Source: an uncultured Ignavibacteriales bacterium (GTDB taxonomy: Bacteria > Zixibacteria > MSB-5A5 > GN15 > FEB-12). From it: 64,000 bases of DNA. A program made the position numbers and the translations under genes. This document shows, piece after piece, positions 29,601-39,139 of this stretch; within the stretch, counting starts at the first letter, position 1; the number at the start of each line of letters is the position of its first letter. The notes beneath the pieces were generated by a model, which was not told where the DNA came from, did not search any database, and saw only the letters and a list, made by a program, of their open reading frames with translations. The stretch covers positions 47,044 through 111,043 of the forward strand of contig CAZTBP010000006.1 in assembly GCA_964612145.1 (NCBI GenBank), written 5' to 3'.

Positions 29601-31679
29601 CTGATCACCTATTCCGTCAGCTCCGCGTCCGGCGGTCGTTACTACACCAACGCTGTGCTCTCCTGTGAGCCGGCTGGTGCCCCGGACCTGCTGTACGCGT
29701 TTAACGAGGATGGCTTCCTGTCATGCTTCAACGCCGATGATGGTGACGAGCTGTATCGTCGCCGCGTCTTCAATGCTCCGGGCTATGCCCCGAACATTGG
29801 TATGGGCGTCGCCCTGACAATCGACGGCACGGGTGCTCCGCACCTGCTGGCCTCTGATTTCTGGGGCAACCTGGTTGACATGACCAAGGGCGCGGATCGT
29901 CCGCGTCTGGAAATCCAGACCTACTCGCCTCAGGCGCCGGTAGAGTTTGGTGCTGCCCTCAGCTTCATCGTCACAATCGAAGACGTTTTCGCGAACACCG
30001 GTTGTGCCGACCTGACCTTCAGCGCTGTCAACGTTGATGAGCTTTCCTTCGGCCCGGACATTCCGTCGTTTACCGCCACTAACGTGTCGGAAGACTTCAT
30101 GAATCGTTCGGCCACGATTGCTGATCAGTTGACTGACGTTGACAAACTGCTCAAGCAGGAACGTGTCATCGATGCCGTCAATGACGTCTCGCTGGCCCGT
30201 GAATATGACATAGAGCGCAGCACGAACTACGCTGCCGCCGGCTTCCCGTCTTACCTGAACTCGGTCGTTTTCCCGACCGGTGGAAGCGTGATTCCTGCTG
30301 GCGACACTGCTGACCTCGTGCTCGACGTTATCCAGGTGAACATCGATCGCGGCCCGCAGCCGTTCTACATTGAGTTAGTAACCGATGATCCGGACTTCTT
30401 CCTCAATGACCCGGCGCTGGCCCCGCAGATCCTCGTTACCCTCGTGGGTGGCTGCTTGACCGATACCACAACTCTCGAGTTTGGTATGGGCGGCGCTAAC
30501 ATCCAGCTGGTGACGAACTCTGGCCGCCTGGGTACCGGTGACTGGAGCCCGCATGGCTTCGATATCGATGGCGATGCTTCTTCCTTCTACCAGGGCACCT
30601 ACGTTTATGGTGTCAGCCAGTACCGTATTGCGATGAACACGCAAGACTGGTCCTCTGGTGGCGGCGAAGCCGATGCCTGGATCTCGATGCAGCCGGATCC
30701 GAACTGGTGTGACGATGAGTGTAAGCCGTTCCTCGATGCTGGTGTGACCCTCGGTTTCATCACTTCCGATGGCGGCAACACCTATGCCCCGATCACCGGT
30801 GACCTCATCTGTGCCTCTTACATCGACTCCGTCCAGAACTTCGATCTCGGCGGCGGCTGGAACTGGCGTAACTTCACTGCGCCGTTTGACAACGACTCCA
30901 CCATGGGTCTGTATGTCAACACGCGCACTGTTGGTGCTCTGGATGTTCCGGAACTCGCTAACGTGACTGTCGAAGTGATGGAATTCACCGAACGTAACGG
31001 CGGCACGGTCGAAGACTGGTACTTCGGTGCCATGATCGACTATGACGTCGGTGGTGATACGGCCATCTGGAATGGCGACTACTCCGTCGCTTACTCCCCG
31101 AGTGCCACCCTCGCAGGCGATGTCGCCTGGGGTCTGGTCAAGATTCCGTTTGGCTGTGGCTACGAGCCGATGATCAATGCCTACGCTCTTGACGCCGGTC
31201 AGGCTCAGTTCAGCACTGACGCCAATGGCAACCCGTACTGGGATTCGGTTTACACCTATATGAGTCTCGCGCCGGGAAGCTATGGTCACAGTTCTGTGAG
31301 CACCGGTCCTGACCAGGAATTCCACGCGACCATCGCGGGTCATGACTTTGGTCCGAACGAAACCATCGAATTCGCCGTGGCGAACTTTGGTCTCTTCGGT
31401 ATCGCTGACATGAACAACCCGGTCGAGATCTTTGATCTCGCCACGTTGGTCAACCAGTGGGCCGGCTTTGGTCGTGGCGACGTCAACAATGACGGCGGCA
31501 TTAACCTGGCCGACATCATTTACCTGGCCGGTACCGTCAACGGCGGTCCTGGTGCGGTTCCGTTTGAACATCTGTCCGACGTTAACGCCGATAGCGGCAT
31601 TGACGTGGCAGACGTCGATTACCTGATCGACTACTACTTCAACTGCGGTCCGTGCCCGATGGGTGACTTCATCTTCTAA
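26700..31679 (+). CDS. Large secreted multidomain surface protein: 3 tandem Cys-flanked modules, PQQ-like beta-propeller, Ig-like domain, C-terminal dockerin
   Basis: AAGGAGG RBS, signal peptide; three YFW..P..YGD modules; W-containing propeller repeats (GATIWTRD, GAINWQL); GRGDVNNDGGINLADIIYL and DVNADSGIDVADVDYLIDY EF-hand dockerin pair. Confidence 0.85.
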   Translation: MLKRLFIAVFVLSLVVGLNGTAFSDVVKGQAALDELRVQKVNPNHPRFAETEKAGPDQPAFKKPASALEARILPPGDRQVPATKLDYFCDLQDYTSGAAAYFWQQPDQYGDSLFNMRFTADANYDCTLKVAHLLMYAPGTIGDPDMRVYLWDDDGFGFPGMKLDSVDVPFSTISTEFTNQGNLAFISADFSAANWVFSDGEEYHIGYTPIVNSAEDTLAIISDDGTGPFSGEERASEFYAGAWGTMLNDWGLDVSFFILAERCCAEIPFSDCYSQAPIQNIAYFWRAPHPTYGDEQYSQKFSVGGPETLVSVDVAIYDPGDGSFGNDDVLIRIFDDNAGLPGNLLHTETLPAGTYPAYPSLANVPLPVGFVLDETFHISFGSSAAFGSGEYESTLSSDGSDGVGGSASDWDSGPGYNWVDFLSGWGIDVNFYYVANLCRDEYAECSINACYGGLGYFWRLPDRYGDFAQAQKFAAVGEECRVQEVSLALYWPNSESGQPLYTEPSEVTIFADAGGLPGAAVATIPVGPAEYAAAGMVDPGGAGSILGFLTVDFTPLDAFVTGAYWAGITSLAPDTLSGIRTLSDPGGSGLCADAYAENYGAWGLMSTDWGLPSDVAMVLDAEHCCIPFSERACGVADDFSTYGGDYARTHATDVQLDDPWCDLTLNWGFEHPTDGVGFTGPTAYGDMVVCAFGPEYRVFDLVTGAQLYIYDPTAGPFASADIRTSPTIDLIPGYPDPIMFVTGGTNDEVHAVDFLTGATIWTRDVGNVGPAGLFGDVRWGVFTVVGSNVYWGTEGGYLVGADALTGTLLAGFPINLGQAVWTSLSTDGVSLFTATRAAGSEGDVYSIDAATGAINWQLSATDGLQGATEWAGLGYTGDEGFTGGVSYDAPRNALYINSRAEANYPTDGLFYRLDAASGNIIGDVTLANRVFYSTPVLDAANAIQPALTRWVAPPTGGNIYAVNKGTGLITYSVSSASGGRYYTNAVLSCEPAGAPDLLYAFNEDGFLSCFNADDGDELYRRRVFNAPGYAPNIGMGVALTIDGTGAPHLLASDFWGNLVDMTKGADRPRLEIQTYSPQAPVEFGAALSFIVTIEDVFANTGCADLTFSAVNVDELSFGPDIPSFTATNVSEDFMNRSATIADQLTDVDKLLKQERVIDAVNDVSLAREYDIERSTNYAAAGFPSYLNSVVFPTGGSVIPAGDTADLVLDVIQVNIDRGPQPFYIELVTDDPDFFLNDPALAPQILVTLVGGCLTDTTTLEFGMGGANIQLVTNSGRLGTGDWSPHGFDIDGDASSFYQGTYVYGVSQYRIAMNTQDWSSGGGEADAWISMQPDPNWCDDECKPFLDAGVTLGFITSDGGNTYAPITGDLICASYIDSVQNFDLGGGWNWRNFTAPFDNDSTMGLYVNTRTVGALDVPELANVTVEVMEFTERNGGTVEDWYFGAMIDYDVGGDTAIWNGDYSVAYSPSATLAGDVAWGLVKIPFGCGYEPMINAYALDAGQAQFSTDANGNPYWDSVYTYMSLAPGSYGHSSVSTGPDQEFHATIAGHDFGPNETIEFAVANFGLFGIADMNNPVEIFDLATLVNQWAGFGRGDVNNDGGINLADIIYLAGTVNGGPGAVPFEHLSDVNADSGIDVADVDYLIDYYFNCGPCPMGDFIF

Positions 31680-31706
31680 TTCTGATTGGAAGTCCAAGTC
31701 ATAGAT

Positions 31707-31741
31707 GGAAGCGAGGCCTCGCGCCTCGCTTCCTTTTTTTT
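31707..31741 (+). terminator. Rho-independent terminator
   Basis: GGAAGCGAGGC-loop-GCCTCGCTTCC + T8. Confidence 0.9.
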
Positions 31742-31779
31742 GTGTCGTATCTCTCCCGTGACACGTATAATAGACCGGT

Positions 31780-32949
31780 ATGACTGCCCGCAAAGCCGAC
31801 AAGCAAATTGACGATATCTCCCACCTGATCTCCGACCTGTTCGAGATCGACGCCGTCTACCGGCAGGGCCGACAAATCGTCTTCAGCCTCTCCTACCGCT
31901 ACCTGCCGACCCGGTCGACCAAGGCGCTGCAAGAGCGGCTGGAACTGGCGGGGTATGAGTTCACGACCGAGCAAGCCGAGAACTCGCTCACGCTGCAGAT
32001 TGATCCCAGGCGAAGACTGAATATCCCCCGGCTGAACATCATCCTGTTTCTGGCGACGCTGGTCTCGGTGTATTTCGTTCCCGTCTGGTACTTCAACTTT
32101 ATGGATGCGCTGGTGAAAGTAGCAAAGATGGCCGACTCCGGCGCAATTGTGATCTCCGGCGAGATGGATTTGATCTTTCGGGCGCTGCCGCTGTCCTGGA
32201 CGGAAACGATGGCCGACTTTGGCCGCGGTGAAGGTCTGGAATTTACGTTGGCTATCATGTCGATTTTATTTGTGCACGAGATGGGCCACTTTATAGCCAG
32301 CCGACGCCGCCATATAATTACGTCGTGGCCGTACTTCATCCCGGCGCCGAATATCATCGGGACTTTCGGCGCCATCATCAAATCGAAGTCACCGTTTCGC
32401 AACCGCCGGGACCTGATTGAGGTCGGCTCCGCCGGGCCTATTGCGGGATGGATCGTAGCCCTGTTCTGGCTGATTTACGGACTCTCCCAGTCACACTACA
32501 TGTCGCTGGACCAGTTCACCCCCCAGATGCTCTCATTTTCTCTTGACGGGGAATCAATCCTGATGCGTGTCGCGACTCTAACGCTGATCGGCGAGGCGCC
32601 CGACGGCTCCTACTACAAGCTCACCGAAGCTGCCTTCGCCGGCTGGGTTGGCCTTCTGGTAACAGCCATCAATATGCTGCCCATAGGCCAGCTTGACGGC
32701 GGTCACGTCATTTACGGCCTGGCCCGAAGGAAACAGCACATCCTCGGCTTCATCGGTCTGGCCGCTCTGCTGATTCTGGGATTTCAGTCGATGGTCTGGT
32801 GGTTTTTTGCCGCAATCGGGCTTGTTTTCGGAGTGAAACACCCGCCGACAATGGATGACAGTCGGCGGCCGTCGCTAGTTGCGCGGGCGATGGGAATAAC
32901 GGCACTGATTATTCTGGTATTGTCCTTTACACCGGTGCCTTTTCGCTGA
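31780..32949 (+). CDS. Site-2 protease (M50) membrane metalloprotease
   Basis: HEMGH, GSAGPIAG, NMLPIGQLDGGH motifs, multiple TMs. Confidence 0.92.
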   Translation: MTARKADKQIDDISHLISDLFEIDAVYRQGRQIVFSLSYRYLPTRSTKALQERLELAGYEFTTEQAENSLTLQIDPRRRLNIPRLNIILFLATLVSVYFVPVWYFNFMDALVKVAKMADSGAIVISGEMDLIFRALPLSWTETMADFGRGEGLEFTLAIMSILFVHEMGHFIASRRRHIITSWPYFIPAPNIIGTFGAIIKSKSPFRNRRDLIEVGSAGPIAGWIVALFWLIYGLSQSHYMSLDQFTPQMLSFSLDGESILMRVATLTLIGEAPDGSYYKLTEAAFAGWVGLLVTAINMLPIGQLDGGHVIYGLARRKQHILGFIGLAALLILGFQSMVWWFFAAIGLVFGVKHPPTMDDSRRPSLVARAMGITALIILVLSFTPVPFR

Positions 32950-34441
32950 TCGGAATATCCTTCAGGCAGCTTGTATCTTCTTCACGATCGTACATGGCCT
33001 CAAAGTCGACCTCGCCGTCATCCAGTATCTTCAAAAAGACATCGACAATCTCCGGATCAAACTGCTTGCCCCGGAATTTCAGCAGCTCATCGACAGCTAC
33101 TTTTAAGGAGTTACCGTTGCGGTATGGGCGGTCAGACATGATAGCGTCGAACGTATCGGCAACGGCCAGCAGCCGCCCCTCAACCGGGATTTCTTCGCCG
33201 CGCAGTCCCCTGGGATAGCCGGTCCCGTCATAGAACTCGTGATGCGCCTTGATAAACGGAATGGCCGGCTTGAACAGTTCGATCCCGCGAATGATCTGCA
33301 GGCCAACGTCCGGATGACTGCGCATCCTGGCCCGCTCTTCCTCGGTCAGGGCCGAGGGCTTGTTGAGGATGTTGTCCGGGACGCCGATTTTCCCGATATC
33401 GTGCAGCGTGCAGCCCATGTGCAGGTCAAAGATCTTGGCTTCGCTCCAGCCGAGTTTGCGGGCGATAAGTTCCGCCAGTTTGGATACGCGGTCGGTATGA
33501 CCGGCGGTGTATTGATCCCGTGCCTCAATAGCATTTGCCAGGACGCGGATAGCTTCGAGATAGGACTTTCGTAAATCACGATACAGGCGGTTATTGGCGA
33601 TTGCCGATGCTGCAGAATTGGTCAGAATTGACAGAACGTCGAGCTGCCCCGGCGTCACGCGACCGAATTTGGAAGCCACGACGATATTGATCACGCCGTT
33701 AATCTTGTTCCGAATCATTATCGGCTGAAGAATGGACACACGAACCTCGTTGCCGTTCTCGGTTTGTACCCGTCGGGCCTCGATGGTTGGTTGAGAAGAG
33801 GTCGAACCGGCAAATTTCTCCATGACCGTCTCATCCGTAACAACCGATTCTATCAGTGGATCGTCAGTAATGCAGTGACGGCGCAGCGGCTCATCTGTCC
33901 TGGGATCGATCTGCAGGATGCCGACCGCCGCGGCGCCCAGCTCCTTCTTACAGGATTCGATAACCAGCTTCAGGTAACGATCTATATCAATCTTCGCCGT
34001 ATGGGCGTTGGCAACCTTTAGGAACTCCACCTGACCGCGCAGGTGAAGGTTCTCGCGCATGACCCGCTGATGTTCCACCGCGCGATCTATCGTTGACTTG
34101 AGCAACTCGAGCTTAAACGGCTTCACCAGAAAATCGTACGCGCCTTTCTTCAGCACGCTTATGGCCGTCTGCACTGTCGGATGAGCCGTCATCAGGATAA
34201 CCATGGCGTCGGAATGGCTCAAAAGGGTAGCATCGAGAATCTGCATGCCCGAATGATCGCCCATAACCAGATCGGTCAGCACCAGATCAACCGGATGCTC
34301 TTCGATATGGGCCAGCGCAGCGACCGGATCGGCGTATGTCGTAACCGTGTACTGACTCGAAGAGAGTGTCTCTTCGATAATATTGCAGATATGCTTTTCG
34401 TCATCGACGACAAGAATATGCGTGGTCGGTTTATCGATCAT
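32927..34441 (-). CDS. REC-GAF-HD-GYP response regulator (c-di-GMP phosphodiesterase)
   Basis: ILVVDDE/DLVLTD REC; YTAGHTDRV, LHDIGK, HHEFYDGTGYP. Confidence 0.9.
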   Translation of the reverse strand: MIDKPTTHILVVDDEKHICNIIEETLSSSQYTVTTYADPVAALAHIEEHPVDLVLTDLVMGDHSGMQILDATLLSHSDAMVILMTAHPTVQTAISVLKKGAYDFLVKPFKLELLKSTIDRAVEHQRVMRENLHLRGQVEFLKVANAHTAKIDIDRYLKLVIESCKKELGAAAVGILQIDPRTDEPLRRHCITDDPLIESVVTDETVMEKFAGSTSSQPTIEARRVQTENGNEVRVSILQPIMIRNKINGVINIVVASKFGRVTPGQLDVLSILTNSAASAIANNRLYRDLRKSYLEAIRVLANAIEARDQYTAGHTDRVSKLAELIARKLGWSEAKIFDLHMGCTLHDIGKIGVPDNILNKPSALTEEERARMRSHPDVGLQIIRGIELFKPAIPFIKAHHEFYDGTGYPRGLRGEEIPVEGRLLAVADTFDAIMSDRPYRNGNSLKVAVDELLKFRGKQFDPEIVDVFLKILDDGEVDFEAMYDREEDTSCLKDIPISEKAPV

Positions 34442-34552
34442 GGAAGTCCTCTCACTGGTTCAATATCTATTGAACTGTATCGGAAATCACCGGCGATTGC
34501 CCACCGATATTGCACAAATGTATGATTTTTGGTCTTGTATGGGGGATTCGCC

Positions 34553-35443
34553 TTAGCCCTTATAGGCCTCGGCTTTGTAGGAGGATCGAACCAGCGGGGC
34601 GGAAAAAACCTGTGCGATTCCGGCTCGTTTTGCGTCCTGTCGGTAAGAGTCAAACTCATCAGGAGTTACGTACCGGACGACCGGATGATGCTCCTTCGAT
34701 GGCGCCAGGTACTGCCCGATAGTCAGCAGCTTCACTCCGGCCCGGGCCAGATCGTCAAACACTGCCAGCATCTCTGTCCGCGTCTCACCCAACCCGACCA
34801 TCAGCCCCGATTTCGTAACAATCTCCGACCGTCTCCCGACCTCCTTGAGGAGATCCAGGGATCGACGATAGTCGGCCGCCGGCCGTACCGACCGATAGAG
34901 GCGCGGGACCGTCTCGATATTGTGATTGAAGACATCCGGGTTCATCTCGATAATCCGGTTGACCGCTTCCGGCACCCCTCGAAAATCCGGAGTCAGGATC
35001 TCGATAGTTGCCGAAGGCGCCCGACTGCGGATAGCTTCTACTGTGGCAGCAAAATGACCCGTACCGCCGTCCGGCAAATCGTCACGCGTGACCGACGTTA
35101 CCACCACATGTTTCAATTTGAGTTGCTCTGAAACGGCCCCGACATTTTCCGGCTCATCGGGATCAAGGGCTGCCGGACGGCCGGGCTGGACATCGCAGAA
35201 CCGGCAGTTTCGGGTGCATTTGGGCCCCATAATCAGGAAGGTCGCCGTGCCCCGGTTAAAGCACTCTCCCCTGTTGGGGCAATTGGCTGCCTGACAGACC
35301 GTATTAAGGCCATACTGGCGCAGTAAGCGGTTGATCTGCTCGTAGCCCCGCCCGCTGAACCCGCTGACCTTGAGCCATTCCGGCTTCCGACGGGGTAATT
35401 CGCTGGTCTTTGTCAACTTCTTTGAGTGTTGGCTGTCGGCCAT
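34553..35443 (-). CDS. lipA: Lipoyl synthase
   Basis: TVCQAANCPNRGEC, CTRNCRFC radical SAM motif, NHNIETV, RSSY; start refined to ATG 35443. Confidence 0.96.
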   Translation of the reverse strand: MADSQHSKKLTKTSELPRRKPEWLKVSGFSGRGYEQINRLLRQYGLNTVCQAANCPNRGECFNRGTATFLIMGPKCTRNCRFCDVQPGRPAALDPDEPENVGAVSEQLKLKHVVVTSVTRDDLPDGGTGHFAATVEAIRSRAPSATIEILTPDFRGVPEAVNRIIEMNPDVFNHNIETVPRLYRSVRPAADYRRSLDLLKEVGRRSEIVTKSGLMVGLGETRTEMLAVFDDLARAGVKLLTIGQYLAPSKEHHPVVRYVTPDEFDSYRQDAKRAGIAQVFSAPLVRSSYKAEAYKG

Positions 35444-35539
35444 ACTTTCGACTCCAAATCCGCTTAATACAGTCAAGTATAACGCAAAACGCTCGATAAA
35501 CAAGGAAAAGGCCCCGATACCCGCTTCATGGAGATAAAC

Positions 35540-37630
35540 ATGCGCCGCTTTCTCATAGTCGCCGGCAGCATCCTGCTGATGTTCACGGCCACGGTTCTAC
35601 ACGCTGCCGATAAGCGTTCTCCTCGCCTGGTCAAACTAAGCGATTCAGTTGAAGGCGGTGAAATTCGTCCGTGGGTCCCCATGACAACCGCCGATACCTG
35701 CATCGTCCGCCACGACCAGGGGATTTACTATAAGATCGACGGCTGGGTAACGGGCAACGAGCTGTACAAATCATACCTTGATCCGGCCGCAGGTTGCGCC
35801 GAAGCGTATCCGTTCACGATCACCGAAATCAACATGCCGATGTACTTTGTCGGCACCCCGACCTTCAATGTCTCGGTCGATGTCGAGCTGGTCGACAACA
35901 GCGTCCCGAACTGCCCGCTGCCGGGCGAGTTGCTGACTATTTCCAGCGAGTACATCCTGAGCATTCCCGAAGCTGGACTGTGGAATCTCTGGATTCCACT
36001 CGATACGCCGGTTGTCGTCAACGGCCCTTTCTTCGCCGGATTCTTTATCTCGACATCGATAGCTCAAAGTGACAGTGCGGCGGTGCTGGTAGACACTATC
36101 CCGACGCCGTGTGTAAGTTTCAACATCTGGGACACCACCGTCGGGTTCGTCGATCTCACGAACAACGAGCACTTTGATTTCCCGGGACGCCTCGTGCTCT
36201 ATGCCGCCGGCATCCCCTCCGGTGTTTCCGGTCCGCCTGCCGTTGATCTCGTTTACCCGACCCCGTCGGATTCGATCCTCGGCAGCGCTGAAATCTGGCT
36301 GCGAGATCGCAGCGGCAGCACCGTTTTGGATTTTGCCGAGTTTGAATATCGCCTTCAGGACGACACTATATACACCTCGATCGGGCAGGACTTCGACGGC
36401 ACAAGGTCTTTCCGCAACGGTCTTGACCCGTCCGGCGGCGGTGATGGTTTCAGTTACCGATTCGATGCCTCGGCCCTGACTGAGGGACACTATTACCTTC
36501 GCGCCACCCTTTACGACACCCTTGGCCGCGCTGATGCCGACAGCGTCCAGGTGTTTGTTGAACCTACCCCGCCCTTGCCAACACCGGTCTCTCATGCTGA
36601 TGGTGAAACGTTCTGCGAAACTATCGAATTAGACTTTGTCAGCCCCGACGAAAACCTCGATTTCGTCCAGACATCCCGAAAGGTCTCCGAGGCTGCTTTC
36701 AGTCTCGGTATCGCGGCCGCTGGCGCCAGAGGTCGGGGCCCCGCCTGGTGCGCCCCCTACAGCTTTGCTATGGCGCTCGACCTGTGGTACGAACGCGGGT
36801 ACACCAAACCGATGAGTGAATTCAACGCCAAGCTGCCGATCGACACGATGGCTGCTCGCCTGGCCGATCGCTTCAACACGACCGATAACTTCGGCACCTA
36901 CGACGTCGATCTCCTTTTCGGACTGATGGAGTACCTGAAATTCAAGTTGTCTGATATAGAAGTGTTCTACCAGCGACAGCCCGACTACTACGATCTGCGC
37001 AATCGGGCCGAGAACTATGAATATACCGCCCTGATCGGACTCGGTGGATCTCGCGGCCTGTGGGTGACGGTGGACGGATTCGACGGCTGGCGACGTGCGG
37101 ACAGTTCATTCCGGGTACGGGTGGCTCACCCCACGGGCGGTGTAATCGAGGCCATGCCTGTCCGGAACACGCAGGACGGCGCCGAGGGATACCTCGACGG
37201 CATCTGGCGCCCCATTGACATTATGATCTGGCTGGGGCCGCCGGACTGGACCGTGAATCGACAGGCAATCGGCGCCGATCTGAACGGTCTCGACGGCTGG
37301 TCAGTCAACTGGACCGCTGCCGGAGCTGTTGAGGGCGACCATTATTACTTCCATACCTTTGGTCGCGATGAGGACGGGATCCGTGAATACTCAACCCTCC
37401 TGATAGGTCACAGTTGCGCGGACAGCTACATAAAAGGCGATTACAACGACGACGGCTTCGCCGACATCGCCGATGCCGACTACCTGCTGGAGCATCTTGC
37501 CCTGGGCGGACCGGCACCAGTCGGCGGAACACTGCGGGCCGACGCCAACTGCGACGGCTACCCGAATATCGCCGACGTCGTGTATTTTCTTCGCTATGTT
37601 TTCAGCGGCGGTACCGAACCCTGCTACTAA
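35540..37630 (+). CDS. Secreted multidomain protein: Cys-flanked module, Ig-like, C39-like papain-fold domain (likely inactive), dockerin
   Basis: Signal peptide; WCAPYSFAMAL...GT...GLWVTVDG; KGDYNDDGFADIADADYL and DANCDGYPNIADVVYFL dockerin. Confidence 0.75.
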   Translation: MRRFLIVAGSILLMFTATVLHAADKRSPRLVKLSDSVEGGEIRPWVPMTTADTCIVRHDQGIYYKIDGWVTGNELYKSYLDPAAGCAEAYPFTITEINMPMYFVGTPTFNVSVDVELVDNSVPNCPLPGELLTISSEYILSIPEAGLWNLWIPLDTPVVVNGPFFAGFFISTSIAQSDSAAVLVDTIPTPCVSFNIWDTTVGFVDLTNNEHFDFPGRLVLYAAGIPSGVSGPPAVDLVYPTPSDSILGSAEIWLRDRSGSTVLDFAEFEYRLQDDTIYTSIGQDFDGTRSFRNGLDPSGGGDGFSYRFDASALTEGHYYLRATLYDTLGRADADSVQVFVEPTPPLPTPVSHADGETFCETIELDFVSPDENLDFVQTSRKVSEAAFSLGIAAAGARGRGPAWCAPYSFAMALDLWYERGYTKPMSEFNAKLPIDTMAARLADRFNTTDNFGTYDVDLLFGLMEYLKFKLSDIEVFYQRQPDYYDLRNRAENYEYTALIGLGGSRGLWVTVDGFDGWRRADSSFRVRVAHPTGGVIEAMPVRNTQDGAEGYLDGIWRPIDIMIWLGPPDWTVNRQAIGADLNGLDGWSVNWTAAGAVEGDHYYFHTFGRDEDGIREYSTLLIGHSCADSYIKGDYNDDGFADIADADYLLEHLALGGPAPVGGTLRADANCDGYPNIADVVYFLRYVFSGGTEPCY

Positions 37631-37650
37631 AAATTCTTCAGTGCACGGAC

Positions 37651-37686
37651 AAAAGGCGGTACCGTACAACGGCACCGCCTTTTTTT
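37651..37686. terminator. Bidirectional terminator at left edge of phage-like module
   Basis: AAAAGGCGGT...ACCGCCTTTTTTT. Confidence 0.8.
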
Positions 37687-37687
37687 G

Positions 37688-38020
37688 TCAGCGACTGATC
37701 GGTGCAGTGCGTGCTTTCTTGCGCGCGACTGCCGCCCGCACAGCCCGCCGGGCGACCTCATTATCGATACCCAGGACCTCAGCCAGCCGATCGATCGCCT
37801 CATCGAGATGACTCAGCCACTCCTTCTCTGAGTACCTCTCCCGGAGATCGTCGGTTATTTCGTCTGCGAGCGTCGCGATCAGCTGCGCATAGCGGTGACG
37901 CCGCCCGACCTTAAGAAACGGGATAACATACTGATTGGCGATCCATCCCGCAACCAGGATCCCGACCGACCCTAACAGTTCCAGCAGTCCGCCGGTCAGC
38001 AACAACGGCTGATGTATCAT
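37688..38020 (-). CDS. Small single-TM protein, LL-H-type holin-like
   Basis: GGAGG RBS; N-terminal TM then charged helical domain; last gene of the phage-like operon. Confidence 0.45.
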   Translation of the reverse strand: MIHQPLLLTGGLLELLGSVGILVAGWIANQYVIPFLKVGRRHRYAQLIATLADEITDDLRERYSEKEWLSHLDEAIDRLAEVLGIDNEVARRAVRAAVARKKARTAPISR

Positions 38021-38050
38021 AACTCCTCCAATTACTTTTGTGTTTTCCCT

Positions 38051-39127
38051 TTACCAATCCAGCTGCCAGGTCGATTCAGTCGGCACTGTCACCCGCTGCC
38101 GAAGAACCGCGCCATCGGAGCGCCGGATAGTTATTTCATAGAGAGCCCCGGCAGGCGTGAGCCGATCCGAGGGAATCAGGTCCAGTTCGAACAGCCCGGT
38201 GCTGTCGGTTGTGGTGCTGATCGAGTAAGGCGAGACGACCGCGCTGTTGTACCGCGCCGATACCGCCGCCAGCCTGGCACTGACCGACACCCCTTCCTCC
38301 GGTGCACCATCGATACCGTACAGAAATCCCCAGACCCGGCACAGATCAGCCGACGGCGGCGGCGAGGGGTAGAACGCGACGCCAAACACTGTATCAAGTT
38401 CGGCGGAATCGACAACAAGCGTATCAAATGAACCGAAACTATACCCTGCCGCCCCGGCCGCAACCAGCACCGAGCCGGCATCGATCGCGAACGCAGCCGC
38501 ACCGCTGATATCGGTCACGCCCAGCCCGAGCAGGGCAGTCTGTTCAATATTACGTACGGTGATCCGGGCGTGCGGTATCACCGCACCGGCAGCCGAATCA
38601 AACGCGACAACCGTAACCCCAAAGGAACCGGCCCCACTGCTCAGTCCGCGCTCGGTGCGATTCGAATCGATCACCCCGCCGCTCACGACAACCGTATCGT
38701 TCACCTGGGCGAGCGTCTCTGCCAGCCGAACTCCGGCGAGCTGGAACGAAGCTGTCCGCGGTGTTACAAGGCTGTTGGAATCAACGGCCAGCAGCGAGAT
38801 CGAGTACCCGCCCGCAGCACCGGGACCGTCAAGATTGGACACCAGGTCGCGAAACACATACGACAATCGCGCCCCGGCGCCGCTCCTGCCGATCCTGCTG
38901 TCGGAGGCATCAAGCGAATCGAAGAACACCGTTGTTCCCGATGGGCCGCTGACCCGGACCCACAACGACTCGACCGCGACCGGACTGCCGATACTGTCCA
39001 GCGCAAAGAACGTCACACTCAACGAGTCCTCTCCGACAGGGGAGCTGACGGCATTGTCGACAATCGCGGCCCGGATGATACCTGTGAGCAGAGAAAACGA
39101 CAACAGTAGTGAAAGTATCGTTCTCAT
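38051..39127 (-). CDS. Exported beta-sandwich protein (carboxypeptidase-regulatory/Cna-B-like repeats)
   Basis: Signal peptide; IPHARITVRN...TDISGAAAF and VSVSARL...TTTDSTGLFELDLIP prealbumin-like repeats. Confidence 0.55.
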   Translation of the reverse strand: MRTILSLLLSFSLLTGIIRAAIVDNAVSSPVGEDSLSVTFFALDSIGSPVAVESLWVRVSGPSGTTVFFDSLDASDSRIGRSGAGARLSYVFRDLVSNLDGPGAAGGYSISLLAVDSNSLVTPRTASFQLAGVRLAETLAQVNDTVVVSGGVIDSNRTERGLSSGAGSFGVTVVAFDSAAGAVIPHARITVRNIEQTALLGLGVTDISGAAAFAIDAGSVLVAAGAAGYSFGSFDTLVVDSAELDTVFGVAFYPSPPPSADLCRVWGFLYGIDGAPEEGVSVSARLAAVSARYNSAVVSPYSISTTTDSTGLFELDLIPSDRLTPAGALYEITIRRSDGAVLRQRVTVPTESTWQLDW

Positions 39128-39139
39128 TAGCGTTATTCC

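Noticed and set aside
27068-31802. Long antisense/alternate-frame ORFs (e.g., 30375-31802, 57592-58311, 58859-60097)
   Set aside because: Expected shadows of high-GC codon bias opposite real genes; no motifs or RBS.
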